Of a stretch of 64,000 nt of DNA, positions 42,423-54,984 are shown one piece after another. Position numbers and translations under genes: made by a program. How positions within the stretch are numbered: the stretch's first letter is position 1; every line of letters starts with the position of its first letter. The notes below the pieces were generated by a model. That model was not told the origin of the DNA and did no database searches. It worked only from the letters and a program-made list of their open reading frames with translations. Where the stretch lies: the NCBI RefSeq assembly GCF_057098645.1, contig NZ_CM169472.1. The stretch is one strand, 5' to 3'.

Positions 42423-43220
42423 ATGCAGGAATACACGAATCATTCCGATACCACTTTTGCACTGCGTAATATCTCCTTTCGTGTGCCCGGGCGCACGCTT
42501 TTGCATCCGCTGTCGTTAACCTTTCCTGCCGGGAAAGTGACCGGTCTGATTGGTCACAACGGTTCTGGTAAATCCACTCTGCTCAAAATGCTTGGCCGTC
42601 ATCAGCCTCCGTCAGAAGGGGAGATTCTTCTTGATGCCCAGCCGCTGGAAAGCTGGAGCAGCAAAGCGTTCGCCCGCAAAGTGGCTTATTTGTCGCAGCA
42701 GCTTCCTCCGGCAGAAGGGATGACCGTGCGTGAACTGGTGGCGATTGGTCGTTACCCGTGGCATGGCGCACTAGGGCGCTTTGGTGCGGCAGATCGCGAA
42801 AAAGTTGAGGAAGCTATCTCGCTGGTTGGCTTAAAACCGCTGGCGCATCGGCTGGTCGATAGTCTCTCTGGCGGTGAGCGTCAGCGGGCGTGGATCGCCA
42901 TGCTGGTGGCGCAGGATAGCCGTTGTCTGTTGCTCGACGAACCGACCTCGGCGTTGGATATCGCCCACCAGGTTGATGTGCTGGCGCTGGTGCACCGTTT
43001 AAGTCAGGAACGTGGCCTGACGGTCATTGCCGTGCTGCACGATATCAATATGGCGGCACGCTACTGTGATTATCTGGTCGCCTTGCGCGGCGGTGAAATG
43101 ATTGCTCAGGGAACGCCTGCGGAAATTATGCGCGGCGATACCCTCGAAATGATTTATGGCATCCCGATGGGTATTTTGCCGCATCCGGCGGGTGCTGCAC
43201 CTGTGAGTTTTGTTTATTGA
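42423..43220 (+). CDS. fhuC: Iron(III)-hydroxamate ABC transporter ATP-binding protein
   Basis: ORF 42381..43220; start refined to the ATG at 42423 (MQEYTNHSDTTFALRNISFRVPGRTLL...), 265 aa; Walker A GHNGSGKST and signature LSGGERQR. Confidence 0.95.
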   Translation: MQEYTNHSDTTFALRNISFRVPGRTLLHPLSLTFPAGKVTGLIGHNGSGKSTLLKMLGRHQPPSEGEILLDAQPLESWSSKAFARKVAYLSQQLPPAEGMTVRELVAIGRYPWHGALGRFGAADREKVEEAISLVGLKPLAHRLVDSLSGGERQRAWIAMLVAQDSRCLLLDEPTSALDIAHQVDVLALVHRLSQERGLTVIAVLHDINMAARYCDYLVALRGGEMIAQGTPAEIMRGDTLEMIYGIPMGILPHPAGAAPVSFVY

Positions 43221-44110
43221 TGAGCGGCTTACCTCTTATTTCGCGCCGTCGACTGTTAACGGCGATGGCGCTTTCTCCGTTGTTATGGCAGATGAATACC
43301 GCCCACGCGGCGGCTATTGATCCCAATCGTATTGTGGCGCTGGAGTGGTTGCCGGTGGAATTACTGCTGGCGCTCGGCATCGTGCCTTATGGCGTGGCGG
43401 ACACCATCAACTATCGCCTGTGGGTTAGCGAACCACCGTTACCTGAATCGGTGATTGACGTCGGTTTGCGCACAGAACCTAACCTTGAACTGCTGACCGA
43501 AATGAAACCGTCGTTTATGGTCTGGTCGGCAGGATATGGCCCTTCACCAGAAATGCTGGCACGCATTGCGCCGGGGCGCGGATTTAACTTCAGCGATGGC
43601 AAACAGCCGCTGGCGATGGCGCGTAAATCGCTGACGGAAATGGCAGATTTACTTAATCTGCAAAGCGCAGCCGAAACGTATTTAGCGCAATACGAAGACT
43701 TTATCCGCAGCATGAAACCCCGCTTTGTGAAGCGTGGTGCACGCCCGTTACTGCTGACGACGCTTATCGATCCGCGCCATATGTTGGTCTTCGGGCCAAA
43801 CAGCTTGTTCCAGGAAATTCTCGATGAGTACGGCATCCCAAATGCCTGGCAAGGGGAAACCAACTTCTGGGGCAGCACCGCCGTCAGTATCGATCGTCTG
43901 GCGGCGTATAAAGACGTTGATGTGCTGTGTTTTGATCATGACAACAGCAAGGAGATGGACGCGCTATTGGCAACCCCGCTGTGGCAGGCCATGCCGTTTG
44001 TCCGTGCAGGACGTTTTCAGCGCGTTCCGGCGGTCTGGTTCTATGGCGCGACGCTTTCGGCAATGCACTTTGTGCGTATTCTGGATAACGCCATCGGAGG
44101 TAAAGCGTGA
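43220..44110 (+). CDS. fhuD: Iron(III)-hydroxamate periplasmic binding protein
   Basis: ORF 43217..44110; the ATG at 43220 gives MSGLPLISRRRLLTAMALSPLLWQMNTAHA (Tat-like signal), 296 aa; its start overlaps the fhuC stop by 1 nt. Confidence 0.93.
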   Translation: MSGLPLISRRRLLTAMALSPLLWQMNTAHAAAIDPNRIVALEWLPVELLLALGIVPYGVADTINYRLWVSEPPLPESVIDVGLRTEPNLELLTEMKPSFMVWSAGYGPSPEMLARIAPGRGFNFSDGKQPLAMARKSLTEMADLLNLQSAAETYLAQYEDFIRSMKPRFVKRGARPLLLTTLIDPRHMLVFGPNSLFQEILDEYGIPNAWQGETNFWGSTAVSIDRLAAYKDVDVLCFDHDNSKEMDALLATPLWQAMPFVRAGRFQRVPAVWFYGATLSAMHFVRILDNAIGGKA

Positions 44111-46089
44111 GTAAACGAATTGCGCTTTTCCCGGCGTTATTGCTGGCGCTGCTGGTGATTGTCGCTACGGCGCTGACCTGGATGAACTTTTCGCAGGCGC
44201 TGCCGCGTAGCCAGTGGGCGCAGGCCGCCTGGTCGCCGGATATTAACGTCATCGAGCAGATGATTTTTCACTACAGCTTGTTACCGCGTCTGGCGATTTC
44301 GCTGCTGGTGGGCGCGGGCCTGGGGCTGGTGGGCGTGCTGTTTCAGCAAGTGCTGCGTAACCCGCTGGCGGAACCGACGACGTTGGGCGTTGCTACAGGC
44401 GCGCAACTGGGGATTACCGTCACGACGCTCTGGGCGATCCCTGGTGCGATGGCGAGCCAGTTTGCTGCGCTGGCAGGGGCTTGTGTTGTTGGCTTAATTG
44501 TCTTTGGCGTCGCGTGGGGGAAACGGCTGTCGCCGGTAACGCTGATTCTCGCGGGGTTGGTAGTGAGCCTTTATTGCGGGGCAATTAATCAGCTACTGGT
44601 TATCTTCCATCATGACCAACTGCAAAGCATGTTTCTGTGGAGCACTGGAACGCTGACGCAAACCGACTGGGGCGGCGTTGAGCGTTTATGGCCGCAGCTG
44701 CTGGGCGGCGTGATGCTGACGTTATTGCTACTTCGCCCGTTAACCCTGATGGGGCTTGATGATGGCGTGGCGCGCAATCTCGGGCTGGCCTTGTCGCTCG
44801 CGCGTCTGGCGGCGCTGTCGCTGGCGATAGTCATCAGTGCGCTGCTGGTGAATGCGGTGGGGATTATCGGCTTTATCGGGTTGTTCGCGCCGTTGCTGGC
44901 AAAAATGCTGGGGGCGCGGCGTCTGCTGCCACGGCTGATGCTGGCGTCGCTGATTGGGGCGCTGATCCTCTGGCTTTCCGATCAAATCATTCTCTGGCTA
45001 ACCCGCGTGTGGATGGAAGTTTCTACCGGTTCGGTCACTGCGTTGATCGGTGCGCCGCTGCTACTGTGGCTGCTGCCGCGTTTACGCAGCATTAGCGCGC
45101 CGGATATGAAGGTCAACGATCGTGTCGCGACTGAACGCCAACATGTGCTGGCGTTTGCCCTCGCGGGCGGCGTGCTGCTGTTGATGGCTGTGGTGGTGGC
45201 GCTGTCGTTTGGTCGTGATGCGCACGGCTGGACGTGGGCGAGCGGGGCGTTGCTCGATGATTTAATGCCCTGGCGCTGGCCGCGAATTATGGCGGCGCTA
45301 TTTGCGGGCGTCATGCTGGCGGTGGCGGGCTGTATTATTCAGCGACTGACCGGCAACCCGATGGCAAGCCCGGAAGTGCTGGGGATTAGCTCCGGCGCAG
45401 CGTTTGGCGTGGTACTGATGCTGTTTCTGGTACCGGGTAATGCTTTTGGCTGGCTGTTACCCGCGGGAAGTATCGGTGCCGCGGTGACGCTGTTGATTAT
45501 TATGATCGCCGCCGGGCGCGGTGGATTTTCCCCACACCGCATGTTACTGGCGGGGATGGCGTTAAGTACCGCATTCACCATGCTTTTAATGATGTTGCAG
45601 GCGAGTGGTGACCCGCGAATGGCGCAGGTGCTCACCTGGATCTCTGGTTCGACCTACAACGCCACCGATGCGCAGGTCTGGCGCACCGGAATTGTGATGG
45701 TGATTTTGCTGGCGATTACCCCGCTGTGCCGCCGCTGGCTGACCATTTTACCGCTGGGTGGTGATACCGCACGGGCCGTGGGGTTGGCGTTAACGCCGAC
45801 GCGAATTGCGCTGCTGCTGTTAGCGGCCTGTCTGACGGCGACCGCGACGATGACCATTGGACCGTTGAGTTTTGTTGGTTTAATGGCACCGCATATCGCG
45901 CGGATGATGGGCTTTCGACGGACGATGCCGCACATCGTGATTTCGGCGCTGGTGGGTGGTTTACTGCTGGTGTTCGCTGACTGGTGTGGGCGGATGGTGC
46001 TGTTTCCGTTCCAGATCCCGGCGGGGCTGCTGTCGACCTTTATCGGCGCGCCATATTTTATCTATTTGTTGAGAAAGCAGAGCCGTTAA
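44107..46089 (+). CDS. fhuB: Iron(III)-hydroxamate ABC transporter permease (fused double permease)
   Basis: 660-aa hydrophobic ORF MSKRIALFPALLLALLVIVATALTW... starting at GTG and overlapping the fhuD stop by 4 nt (GTGA); two homologous halves typical of FhuB. Confidence 0.95.
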   Translation: MSKRIALFPALLLALLVIVATALTWMNFSQALPRSQWAQAAWSPDINVIEQMIFHYSLLPRLAISLLVGAGLGLVGVLFQQVLRNPLAEPTTLGVATGAQLGITVTTLWAIPGAMASQFAALAGACVVGLIVFGVAWGKRLSPVTLILAGLVVSLYCGAINQLLVIFHHDQLQSMFLWSTGTLTQTDWGGVERLWPQLLGGVMLTLLLLRPLTLMGLDDGVARNLGLALSLARLAALSLAIVISALLVNAVGIIGFIGLFAPLLAKMLGARRLLPRLMLASLIGALILWLSDQIILWLTRVWMEVSTGSVTALIGAPLLLWLLPRLRSISAPDMKVNDRVATERQHVLAFALAGGVLLLMAVVVALSFGRDAHGWTWASGALLDDLMPWRWPRIMAALFAGVMLAVAGCIIQRLTGNPMASPEVLGISSGAAFGVVLMLFLVPGNAFGWLLPAGSIGAAVTLLIIMIAAGRGGFSPHRMLLAGMALSTAFTMLLMMLQASGDPRMAQVLTWISGSTYNATDAQVWRTGIVMVILLAITPLCRRWLTILPLGGDTARAVGLALTPTRIALLLLAACLTATATMTIGPLSFVGLMAPHIARMMGFRRTMPHIVISALVGGLLLVFADWCGRMVLFPFQIPAGLLSTFIGAPYFIYLLRKQSR

Positions 46090-46095
46090 TAAAAT

Positions 46096-46120
46096 GCCTC
46101 GCCCGGTGGGCGAGGCAAAA
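46096..46120. terminator. Bidirectional terminator hairpin between fhuB and hemL
   Basis: Hairpin GCCTCGCCCggtGGGCGAGGC flanked by aaaat on both sides, between convergent genes. Confidence 0.6.
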
Positions 46121-46123
46121 TCA

Positions 46124-47404
46124 TCACAACTTCGCAAACACCCGACGTGCAGCATCGATGGTGTTATTGATATCTTCCATGCTGTGCGCCACAGACATAA
46201 AGCCCGCTTCAAACGCTGACGGTGCCAGGTAAACACCTTCGTCCAGCATCATATGGAAGAAACGCTTGAAACGCTCGACGTCACAGGCCATCACATCCTG
46301 ATAGCACGTCACGGACCCGGCGTCGGTAAAGAAGATACCGAACATACCACCGACGTGGTTAACGACCAGCGGAATTCCCGCTTCTTCTGCCGCTTCCAGC
46401 AGACCTTCTGCCAGACGTGTTGTCAGCTCATCCAGCGTTTCGTGAACGCCCGGCTGCGCGACTTCATTCAGACAGGCGAAACCGGCTGCCATCGCAATCG
46501 GGTTACCGGAAAGCGTACCCGCCTGATAGACCGGACCCGTCGGGGCCAGCGCATCCATTACATCACGACGACCACCGAATGCGCCTACCGGCATTCCACC
46601 GCCGATGATTTTTCCGAGGCAGGTTAAATCTGGCACTACGCCGTAATAATCCTGTGCGCCAGCTAGCGCTACGCGGAAACCGGTCATCACTTCATCGATG
46701 ATCAGCAACGCGCCAAATTCGTCACACAGCGCACGCAGACCTGGCAGGAACTCTGGCAGCGGCGGAACACAGTTCATATTGCCTGCCACCGGCTCGACGA
46801 TAATACAGGCAATCTCTTGCGGGTATTGCTCAAACGCGGCGCGTACAGAAGCCAGATCGTTATAAGTACAGGTTAAGGTATGTTTGGCGAAATCTGCCGG
46901 AACGCCCGGCGAGTTTGGCTGGCCTAACGTGAGTGCGCCAGAACCGGCTTTTACCAGCAGGCAGTCAGCGTGACCGTGGTAACAACCTTCAAATTTAATA
47001 ATTTTGTCGCGACCGGTAAAACCACGGGCCAGGCGGATGGCGCTCATGGTCGCCTCGGTGCCGGAGTTCACCATGCGCACCATATCCATGGTCGGGACCA
47101 GTTCGGTCACCAGTTGCGCCATTTTCACTTCCATTTCGGTTGGTGCACCAAAGCTTAAACCACGCTCGGCGGCTTCAATCACGGCATTGCGGATCGCCGG
47201 ATGGTTATGGCCCAGCACCATCGGCCCCCAGGAACCGACATAATCGATATAGGCTTTGCCATCAACATCGTACAGATAAGCGCCGTCCGCTTTTTCGATA
47301 AACAGTGGAGTGCCGCCCACGCCAGTAAAGGCGCGAACAGGGGAGTTCACACCGCCAGGGATCAGCTCGCGCGCTGCGCTGTAAAGATTTTCAGACTTAC
47401 TCAT
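46124..47404 (-). CDS. hemL: Glutamate-1-semialdehyde 2,1-aminomutase
   Basis: 426-aa [64 protein letters not shown]... matches HemL. Confidence 0.96.
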   Translation of the reverse strand: MSKSENLYSAARELIPGGVNSPVRAFTGVGGTPLFIEKADGAYLYDVDGKAYIDYVGSWGPMVLGHNHPAIRNAVIEAAERGLSFGAPTEMEVKMAQLVTELVPTMDMVRMVNSGTEATMSAIRLARGFTGRDKIIKFEGCYHGHADCLLVKAGSGALTLGQPNSPGVPADFAKHTLTCTYNDLASVRAAFEQYPQEIACIIVEPVAGNMNCVPPLPEFLPGLRALCDEFGALLIIDEVMTGFRVALAGAQDYYGVVPDLTCLGKIIGGGMPVGAFGGRRDVMDALAPTGPVYQAGTLSGNPIAMAAGFACLNEVAQPGVHETLDELTTRLAEGLLEAAEEAGIPLVVNHVGGMFGIFFTDAGSVTCYQDVMACDVERFKRFFHMMLDEGVYLAPSAFEAGFMSVAHSMEDINNTIDAARRVFAKL

Positions 47405-47610
47405 GGAGGGTTCCTGATTCGTAGAAAAAGTGAATGGCTGCTATTCTATGTTATTCATAACAAGTTAAATACTCGTCAAACATCAGGCTGCTTGTACTGG
47501 TGCAATCCTGATTTCTTAGAGTATAAAAGTTTTGTGCATTTGAAACATTACGCTTTGCAAAGGATTTTCATGGAACGTGCGAGTAAAATGCCGTCATCTT
47601 ATTTGTATGA

Positions 47611-49050
<1,440 letters not shown>

Positions 49051-49131
49051 ACGAAATACCAGGGTATTAGATAATGGCGATTATTATTGGGTTAGAATTT
49101 GCCCAATTGCCGATGTCGTTTGGAGCAAAAT

Positions 49132-49476
49132 ATGAGTGATGACGTAGCACTGCCGCTGGAGTTTACCGACGCAGCAGCCAACAAAGTTAAAAGCCTGATC
49201 GCTGACGAAGATAACCCGAATCTGAAATTACGCGTGTATATCACCGGTGGCGGTTGCAGCGGCTTCCAGTATGGTTTCACCTTTGATGATCAGGTGAACG
49301 AAGGCGATATGACCATCGAAAAACAGGGCGTTGGCCTGGTGGTTGATCCGATGAGCTTGCAATATCTGGTCGGCGGTTCCGTTGACTATACCGAAGGACT
49401 GGAAGGTTCTCGTTTCATCGTGACCAACCCGAACGCGAAAAGCACCTGCGGTTGCGGTTCTTCCTTTAGCATCTAA
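49132..49476 (+). CDS. erpA: Iron-sulfur cluster insertion protein ErpA (A-type carrier)
   Basis: ORF 49099..49476; start refined to the ATG at 49132 ([23 protein letters not shown]...), 114 aa; conserved Cys residues (GGGCSGF, CGCGSSF); GGAG Shine-Dalgarno. Confidence 0.95.
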
Positions 49477-49487
49477 TCTGTTGTTCA

Positions 49488-49515
49488 TGTGCCGGATAAA
49501 CTATCCGGCACATCT
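49488..49515. terminator. Bidirectional terminator hairpin between erpA and yadS
   Basis: Hairpin GTGCCGGATAaactaTCCGGCAC between convergent genes, followed by a T-rich stretch. Confidence 0.6.
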
Positions 49516-49522
49516 TCTCTCT

Positions 49523-50146
49523 TCAACGCCCATTCTCATCCAGCGCAAACGTCGGTAGCTTAAGATGCCAACGAATAGCCGCCAGCCGAATCAATAGCGT
49601 CACGACCATGCCCATCATACTGGCTGTTTCCAGTGGTACGGAAAATGTGTAATAAGCCGTAGCGTGGACAATACCGCCGATAATACAGGCAGTTGCGTAG
49701 ATTTCTGTACGTAAAATCATGGGGATTTCGCGGGCCAGAACATCACGAATGATCCCGCCGCCAACGCCAGTAATGACGCCCATACAAACCGCGATTAACG
49801 GACCGGCTTCCGCATTAAAGGCTTTATTCACGCCAATGCCGACAAACACCGCCAGACCAACGGCGTCCAGCACCGGCAACATCCATTTTGGTAAGCGTCT
49901 TGGCTGGCGCACCAGCACGATGGTCAGCATGCTGGTTACCATTGCAACGACCAGATCGGTGGGATCTTTCACCCAAAATACCGGGCCGTGATCCAGCGCC
50001 ATGTCGCGAATTGTCCCGCCGCCTACAGCGGTAACCACGCCCAGTACCAGAACACCAAAAGGGTCCATACGCAATTTTCCGGCTAACAAAACGCCGGAGA
50101 TGGCAAATACCGCTGTGCCGACTATATCCAGCCAATAGACGAGCAT
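49523..50146 (-). CDS. yadS: UPF0126 family inner-membrane protein YadS
   Basis: 207-aa hydrophobic ORF MLVYWLDIVGTAVFAISGVLLAGKLRMDPFGVLVLGVVTAVGGGTIRD... with an internal duplication (GGGTIRD / GGGIIRD). Confidence 0.9.
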   Translation of the reverse strand: MLVYWLDIVGTAVFAISGVLLAGKLRMDPFGVLVLGVVTAVGGGTIRDMALDHGPVFWVKDPTDLVVAMVTSMLTIVLVRQPRRLPKWMLPVLDAVGLAVFVGIGVNKAFNAEAGPLIAVCMGVITGVGGGIIRDVLAREIPMILRTEIYATACIIGGIVHATAYYTFSVPLETASMMGMVVTLLIRLAAIRWHLKLPTFALDENGR

Positions 50147-50183
50147 TGTTCAATCCCCACTGAGCACCTGAAAAGGTCAGGCA

Positions 50184-50984
50184 CTAATCTACCTGTGAAA
50201 GCGCATTACAGAGCTGTTGTGCAGCGAGGATAATACGTGGGCTTGCACGTTCAAACCAGTCACTCGTGAGAGGAATAACGGGAATTTTGAGCTGTTCACC
50301 CCAGTATTGTTTGATTTTAGGAATTTGGTCCGGTCCGCCTGTAATGACAATCGCCTGTGGCGAGCGTGCTAACACCTGTTCGCGGCTAACTTGCGGCCAG
50401 GGAACCCGGCTGTCTTTAAAGATGTTTTCTCCGCCACAAACTTCGAGTACCTGGTTCTGAATCGACTCTTTTCCACTGGTAAATGGCGGATTAATGCCGA
50501 ATTGCAGAAAAACACGTTTTTTAGGTTTATCAGCATATTGCGCTTTCAATTGCGCGTACTGATCCAGCAGGGATTGCGCGGCTTGTTCGGCCTTATCCGG
50601 TTGCGGACTCCAAGGGGCCAGTTGACGTAACGCATTGGCAATTTGTTCAATGCTTGTCGCATCGACCCACATCACTTTTATTCCCAGCGAAGCCAGCTGG
50701 TCAACCTGCCGCTCGGCATTACCTCCACGCCAGGCAATCACCAGATCGGGTTTCAGCGCGACAATGCGTTCCAGATTCATCCCCTGCCAGGTGGAAACTT
50801 GTTCAATCTTTTGCGCTTGTGGAGGATAGTCGGAATAGCTGCTGACCCCAACCGGCGTGATCCCGGCGGCAAAGGCAAGTTCAGTGTTGGCGGGAGAAAG
50901 CGTGATGACGCGCGGCGCGGCGTTGAGCCACAGTGGCGCAAGAAAAGACAGGGCGACCAGCGCCCTGAACAGTGACTTAGCCAT
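50184..50984 (-). CDS. btuF: Vitamin B12 periplasmic binding protein
   Basis: ORF 50184..51011; start refined to the ATG at 50984 ([29 protein letters not shown]...), 266 aa; overlaps the mtn 3' end by 8 nt. Confidence 0.93.
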   Translation of the reverse strand: MAKSLFRALVALSFLAPLWLNAAPRVITLSPANTELAFAAGITPVGVSSYSDYPPQAQKIEQVSTWQGMNLERIVALKPDLVIAWRGGNAERQVDQLASLGIKVMWVDATSIEQIANALRQLAPWSPQPDKAEQAAQSLLDQYAQLKAQYADKPKKRVFLQFGINPPFTSGKESIQNQVLEVCGGENIFKDSRVPWPQVSREQVLARSPQAIVITGGPDQIPKIKQYWGEQLKIPVIPLTSDWFERASPRIILAAQQLCNALSQVD

Positions 50985-51675
50985 GTGCCAGTTTCTGCAC
51001 CAGTGACTCAACCATCAGGCTGGACTGTTTAGCGGCAACAGCCAGGAACTCATCGAAGCTAAGATGAGACTGTTGATCGGCCACGTCGGAGATGGCGCGT
51101 ACTACGACAAACGGGACGTTGAAATTGTGGCAGACATGGGCGATTGCCGTCGCTTCCATCTCTACAGCAATGGCCTGTGGGAAATTGTGGCGGATTTTCG
51201 CCAGACCAACAGAACCGTTGATGAAAGCGTCGCCGCTAACAATCAGGCCACGTACAGCGTTAAGATTCAGTTCGGCAATGCAGGCCTCAGCGGCAGCGAT
51301 CAGTTTATCGTCAGCTTTAAAGCCTGCCGGACAGCCTGGTAACTGACCGTATTCATAACCAAATGCCGTGACATCCGCGTCGTGATAACGTGCTTCGTCC
51401 GAGACAACGATATCGCCCACTTTCAGCGTTGGTGCCAGGCCACCGGCAGAACCGGTGTTAATAATCACATCTGGCTTGCAGTGTTCCAACAGCAAAGTGG
51501 CACCCAGCGCCGCAGCGACTTTACCGATGCCCGATTTCAGAAGCGCAACCTCGGTTCCATTCAGTTGGCCGGTATAGATTTCGCAACCGCCGAGACTGAT
51601 AGTTTGACGGTTTTCGATTTTGTCACGCAGCAGCGTAACTTCTTCTTCCATTGCACCAATGATGCCGATTTTCAT
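50977..51675 (-). CDS. mtnN: 5'-methylthioadenosine/S-adenosylhomocysteine nucleosidase
   Basis: 232-aa [59 protein letters not shown]... matches Mtn/Pfs. Confidence 0.96.
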   Translation of the reverse strand: MKIGIIGAMEEEVTLLRDKIENRQTISLGGCEIYTGQLNGTEVALLKSGIGKVAAALGATLLLEHCKPDVIINTGSAGGLAPTLKVGDIVVSDEARYHDADVTAFGYEYGQLPGCPAGFKADDKLIAAAEACIAELNLNAVRGLIVSGDAFINGSVGLAKIRHNFPQAIAVEMEATAIAHVCHNFNVPFVVVRAISDVADQQSHLSFDEFLAVAAKQSSLMVESLVQKLAHG

Positions 51676-51758
51676 AGATTTACTCGCGATAAGCCCGATT
51701 TGAAGGCATAGTTTACCATGCGCTTACGGGGAAGCGTATTTCTCACGCGGGAGAGGAC

Positions 51759-53276
51759 ATGGCACAGATTGATTTCCGAAAAAAAATAAACTGGCATCGT
51801 CGTTACCGTTCACCGCAGGGCGTTAAAACCGAACATGAGATCCTGCGGATCTTTGAGAGCGATCGCGGGCGTATCATCAACTCTCCGGCAATTCGTCGTC
51901 TGCAACAAAAGACCCAGGTTTTTCCACTGGAGCGCAATGCCGCCGTGCGCACGCGTCTTACCCACTCGATGGAAGTCCAGCAGGTGGGGCGCTACATCGC
52001 CAAAGAAATTTTAAGCCGTCTGAAAGAGCTTAAATTGCTGGAAGCATACGGCCTGGATGAACTGACCGGACCTTTTGAAAGCATTGTTGAGATGTCATGC
52101 CTGATGCACGATATCGGCAATCCGCCGTTTGGTCATTTTGGCGAAGCAGCGATAAATGACTGGTTTCGCCAGCGTTTATACCCGGAAGATGCCGAAAGCC
52201 AGCCTCTGACTGACGATCGCTGCAGCGTGGCGGCACTACGTTTACGGGACGGGGAAGAACCGCTTAACGAGCTGCGGCGCAAGATTCGTCAGGACTTATG
52301 TCATTTTGAGGGGAATGCACAAGGCATTCGTCTGGTGCATACATTGATGAGGATGAATCTCACTTGGGCACAGGTTGGCGGTATTTTAAAATATACCCGT
52401 CCGGCGTGGTGGCGTGGCGAAACGCCTGAGACACATCACTATTTAATGAAAAAGCCGGGTTATTATCTTTCTGAAGAAGCCTATATTGCCCGGTTGCGTA
52501 AAGAACTTAATTTGGCGCTTTACAGTCGTTTTCCATTAACGTGGATTATGGAAGCTGCCGACGACATCTCCTATTGTGTGGCAGACCTTGAAGATGCGGT
52601 AGAGAAAAGAATATTTACCGTTGAGCAGCTTTATCATCATTTGCACGAAGCGTGGGGCCAGCATGAGAAAGGTTCGCTCTTTTCGCTAGTGGTTGAAAAT
52701 GCCTGGGAAAAATCACGCTCAAATAGTTTAAGCCGCAGTACGGAAGATCAGTTTTTTATGTATTTACGGGTAAACACCCTAAATAAACTGGTACCCTACG
52801 CAGCACAACGATTTATTGATAATCTGCCTGCGATTTTCGCCGGAACGTTTAATCATGCATTATTGGAAGATGCCAGCGAATGCAGCGATCTTCTTAAGCT
52901 ATATAAAAATGTCGCTGTAAAACATGTGTTTAGCCATCCAGATGTCGAGCAGCTTGAATTGCAGGGCTATCGGGTCATTAGCGGATTATTAGAGATTTAT
53001 CGTCCTTTATTAAGCCTGTCGTTATCAGACTTTACTGAACTGGTAGAAAAAGAACGGGTGAAACGTTTCCCTATTGAAACGCGCTTATTCCACAAACTCT
53101 CGACGCGCCATCGGCTGGCCTATGTCGAGGCTGTCAGTAAATTACCGTCAGATTCTCCTGAGTTTCCGCTATGGGAATATTATTACCGTTGCCGCCTGCT
53201 GCAGGATTATATCAGCGGTATGACCGACCTCTATGCGTGGGATGAATACCGACGTCTGATGGCCGTAGAACAATAA
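51759..53276 (+). CDS. dgt: Deoxyguanosinetriphosphate triphosphohydrolase
   Basis: 505-aa [60 protein letters not shown]... with an HD-domain motif ([10 protein letters not shown]). Confidence 0.95.
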   Translation: MAQIDFRKKINWHRRYRSPQGVKTEHEILRIFESDRGRIINSPAIRRLQQKTQVFPLERNAAVRTRLTHSMEVQQVGRYIAKEILSRLKELKLLEAYGLDELTGPFESIVEMSCLMHDIGNPPFGHFGEAAINDWFRQRLYPEDAESQPLTDDRCSVAALRLRDGEEPLNELRRKIRQDLCHFEGNAQGIRLVHTLMRMNLTWAQVGGILKYTRPAWWRGETPETHHYLMKKPGYYLSEEAYIARLRKELNLALYSRFPLTWIMEAADDISYCVADLEDAVEKRIFTVEQLYHHLHEAWGQHEKGSLFSLVVENAWEKSRSNSLSRSTEDQFFMYLRVNTLNKLVPYAAQRFIDNLPAIFAGTFNHALLEDASECSDLLKLYKNVAVKHVFSHPDVEQLELQGYRVISGLLEIYRPLLSLSLSDFTELVEKERVKRFPIETRLFHKLSTRHRLAYVEAVSKLPSDSPEFPLWEYYYRCRLLQDYISGMTDLYAWDEYRRLMAVEQ

Positions 53277-53332
53277 CCAGGCTTTTGTAAAGACGAACAA
53301 TAAATTTTTACCTTTTGCAGAAACTTTAGTTC

Positions 53333-53360
53333 GGAACTTCGCGCTATAAAACGAATCTGA
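53333..53360 (+). promoter_or_regulatory. Sigma-E (RpoE)-type promoter for degP
   Basis: -35 GGAACTT (53333-53339), 16-nt spacer, -10 TCTGA (53356-53360); fits the sigma-E consensus GGAACTT-N16-TCNAA and sits about 45 bp upstream of the degP start. Confidence 0.6.
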
Positions 53361-53405
53361 AGAACACAGCAATTTTGCGTTATCTGTTAATCGAGACTGA
53401 AATAC

Positions 53406-54830
53406 ATGAAAAAAACCACATTAGCACTGAGTGCACTGGCTCTGAGTTTAGGTTTGGCGTTATCTCCGCTCTCTGCAACGGCGGCTGAGACTTCTTCAGC
53501 AACGACAGCCCAGCAGATGCCAAGCCTTGCACCGATGCTCGAAAAGGTGATGCCTTCAGTGGTCAGCATTAACGTAGAAGGTAGCACAACCGTTAATACG
53601 CCGCGTATGCCGCGTAATTTCCAGCAGTTCTTCGGTGATGATTCTCCGTTCTGCCAGGAAGGTTCTCCGTTCCAGAGCTCTCCGTTCTGCCAGGGCGGCC
53701 AGGGCGGTAATGGTGGCGGCCAGCAACAGAAATTCATGGCGCTGGGTTCCGGCGTCATCATTGATGCCGATAAAGGCTATGTCGTCACCAACAACCACGT
53801 TGTTGATAACGCGACGGTCATTAAAGTTCAACTGAGCGATGGCCGTAAGTTCGACGCGAAGATGGTTGGCAAAGATCCGCGCTCTGATATCGCGTTGATC
53901 CAAATCCAGAACCCGAAAAACCTGACCGCAATTAAGATGGCGGATTCTGATGCACTGCGCGTGGGTGATTACACCGTAGCGATTGGTAACCCGTTTGGTT
54001 TGGGCGAGACGGTAACTTCCGGGATTGTCTCTGCGCTGGGGCGTAGCGGCCTGAATGCCGAAAACTACGAAAACTTCATCCAGACCGATGCAGCGATCAA
54101 CCGTGGTAACTCCGGTGGTGCGCTGGTTAACCTGAACGGTGAACTGATCGGTATCAACACCGCGATCCTCGCACCGGACGGCGGCAACATCGGTATCGGT
54201 TTTGCTATCCCGAGCAACATGGTGAAAAACCTGACCTCGCAGATGGTGGAATACGGCCAGGTGAAACGCGGTGAGCTGGGTATTATGGGGACTGAGCTGA
54301 ACTCCGAACTGGCGAAAGCGATGAAAGTTGACGCCCAGCGCGGTGCTTTCGTAAGCCAGGTTCTGCCTAACTCCTCCGCTGCAAAAGCGGGCATTAAAGC
54401 GGGGGATGTGATCACCTCACTGAACGGTAAGCCGATCAGCAGCTTTGCCGCACTGCGTGCTCAGGTGGGTACTATGCCGGTGGGCAGCAAACTGACCCTG
54501 GGCTTACTGCGCGACGGTAAGCAGGTTAACGTGAACCTGGAACTGCAGCAGAGCAGCCAGAATCAGGTTGATTCCAGCTCCATCTTCAACGGCATTGAAG
54601 GCGCTGAGATGAGCAACAAAGGCAAAGATCAGGGCGTGGTAGTGAACAACGTGAAAACGGGCACTCCGGCTGCGCAGATCGGCCTGAAGAAAGGTGATGT
54701 GATTATTGGCGCGAACCAGCAGGCAGTGAAAAACATCGCTGAACTGCGTAAAGTTCTCGACAGCAAACCGTCTGTGCTGGCACTGAACATTCAGCGCGGC
54801 GACAGCACCATCTACCTGTTAATGCAGTAA
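53406..54830 (+). CDS. degP: Periplasmic serine endoprotease/chaperone DegP (HtrA)
   Basis: 474-aa ORF with signal peptide MKKTTLALSALALSLGLALSPLSATA, catalytic GNSGGAL motif and two C-terminal PDZ domains. Confidence 0.96.
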   Translation: MKKTTLALSALALSLGLALSPLSATAAETSSATTAQQMPSLAPMLEKVMPSVVSINVEGSTTVNTPRMPRNFQQFFGDDSPFCQEGSPFQSSPFCQGGQGGNGGGQQQKFMALGSGVIIDADKGYVVTNNHVVDNATVIKVQLSDGRKFDAKMVGKDPRSDIALIQIQNPKNLTAIKMADSDALRVGDYTVAIGNPFGLGETVTSGIVSALGRSGLNAENYENFIQTDAAINRGNSGGALVNLNGELIGINTAILAPDGGNIGIGFAIPSNMVKNLTSQMVEYGQVKRGELGIMGTELNSELAKAMKVDAQRGAFVSQVLPNSSAAKAGIKAGDVITSLNGKPISSFAALRAQVGTMPVGSKLTLGLLRDGKQVNVNLELQQSSQNQVDSSSIFNGIEGAEMSNKGKDQGVVVNNVKTGTPAAQIGLKKGDVIIGANQQAVKNIAELRKVLDSKPSVLALNIQRGDSTIYLLMQ

Positions 54831-54984
54831 TCTCCCTCAACCCCTTCCTGAAAACGGGAAGGGGTTCTCCTTACAATCTGTGAACTTCACCACAACTCCA
54901 TACATCTTCATCATCCTTTAGGCATTTGCACAATGCCGTACGTTACGTACTTCCTTATGCTAAGCCGTGCATAACGGAGGACTT

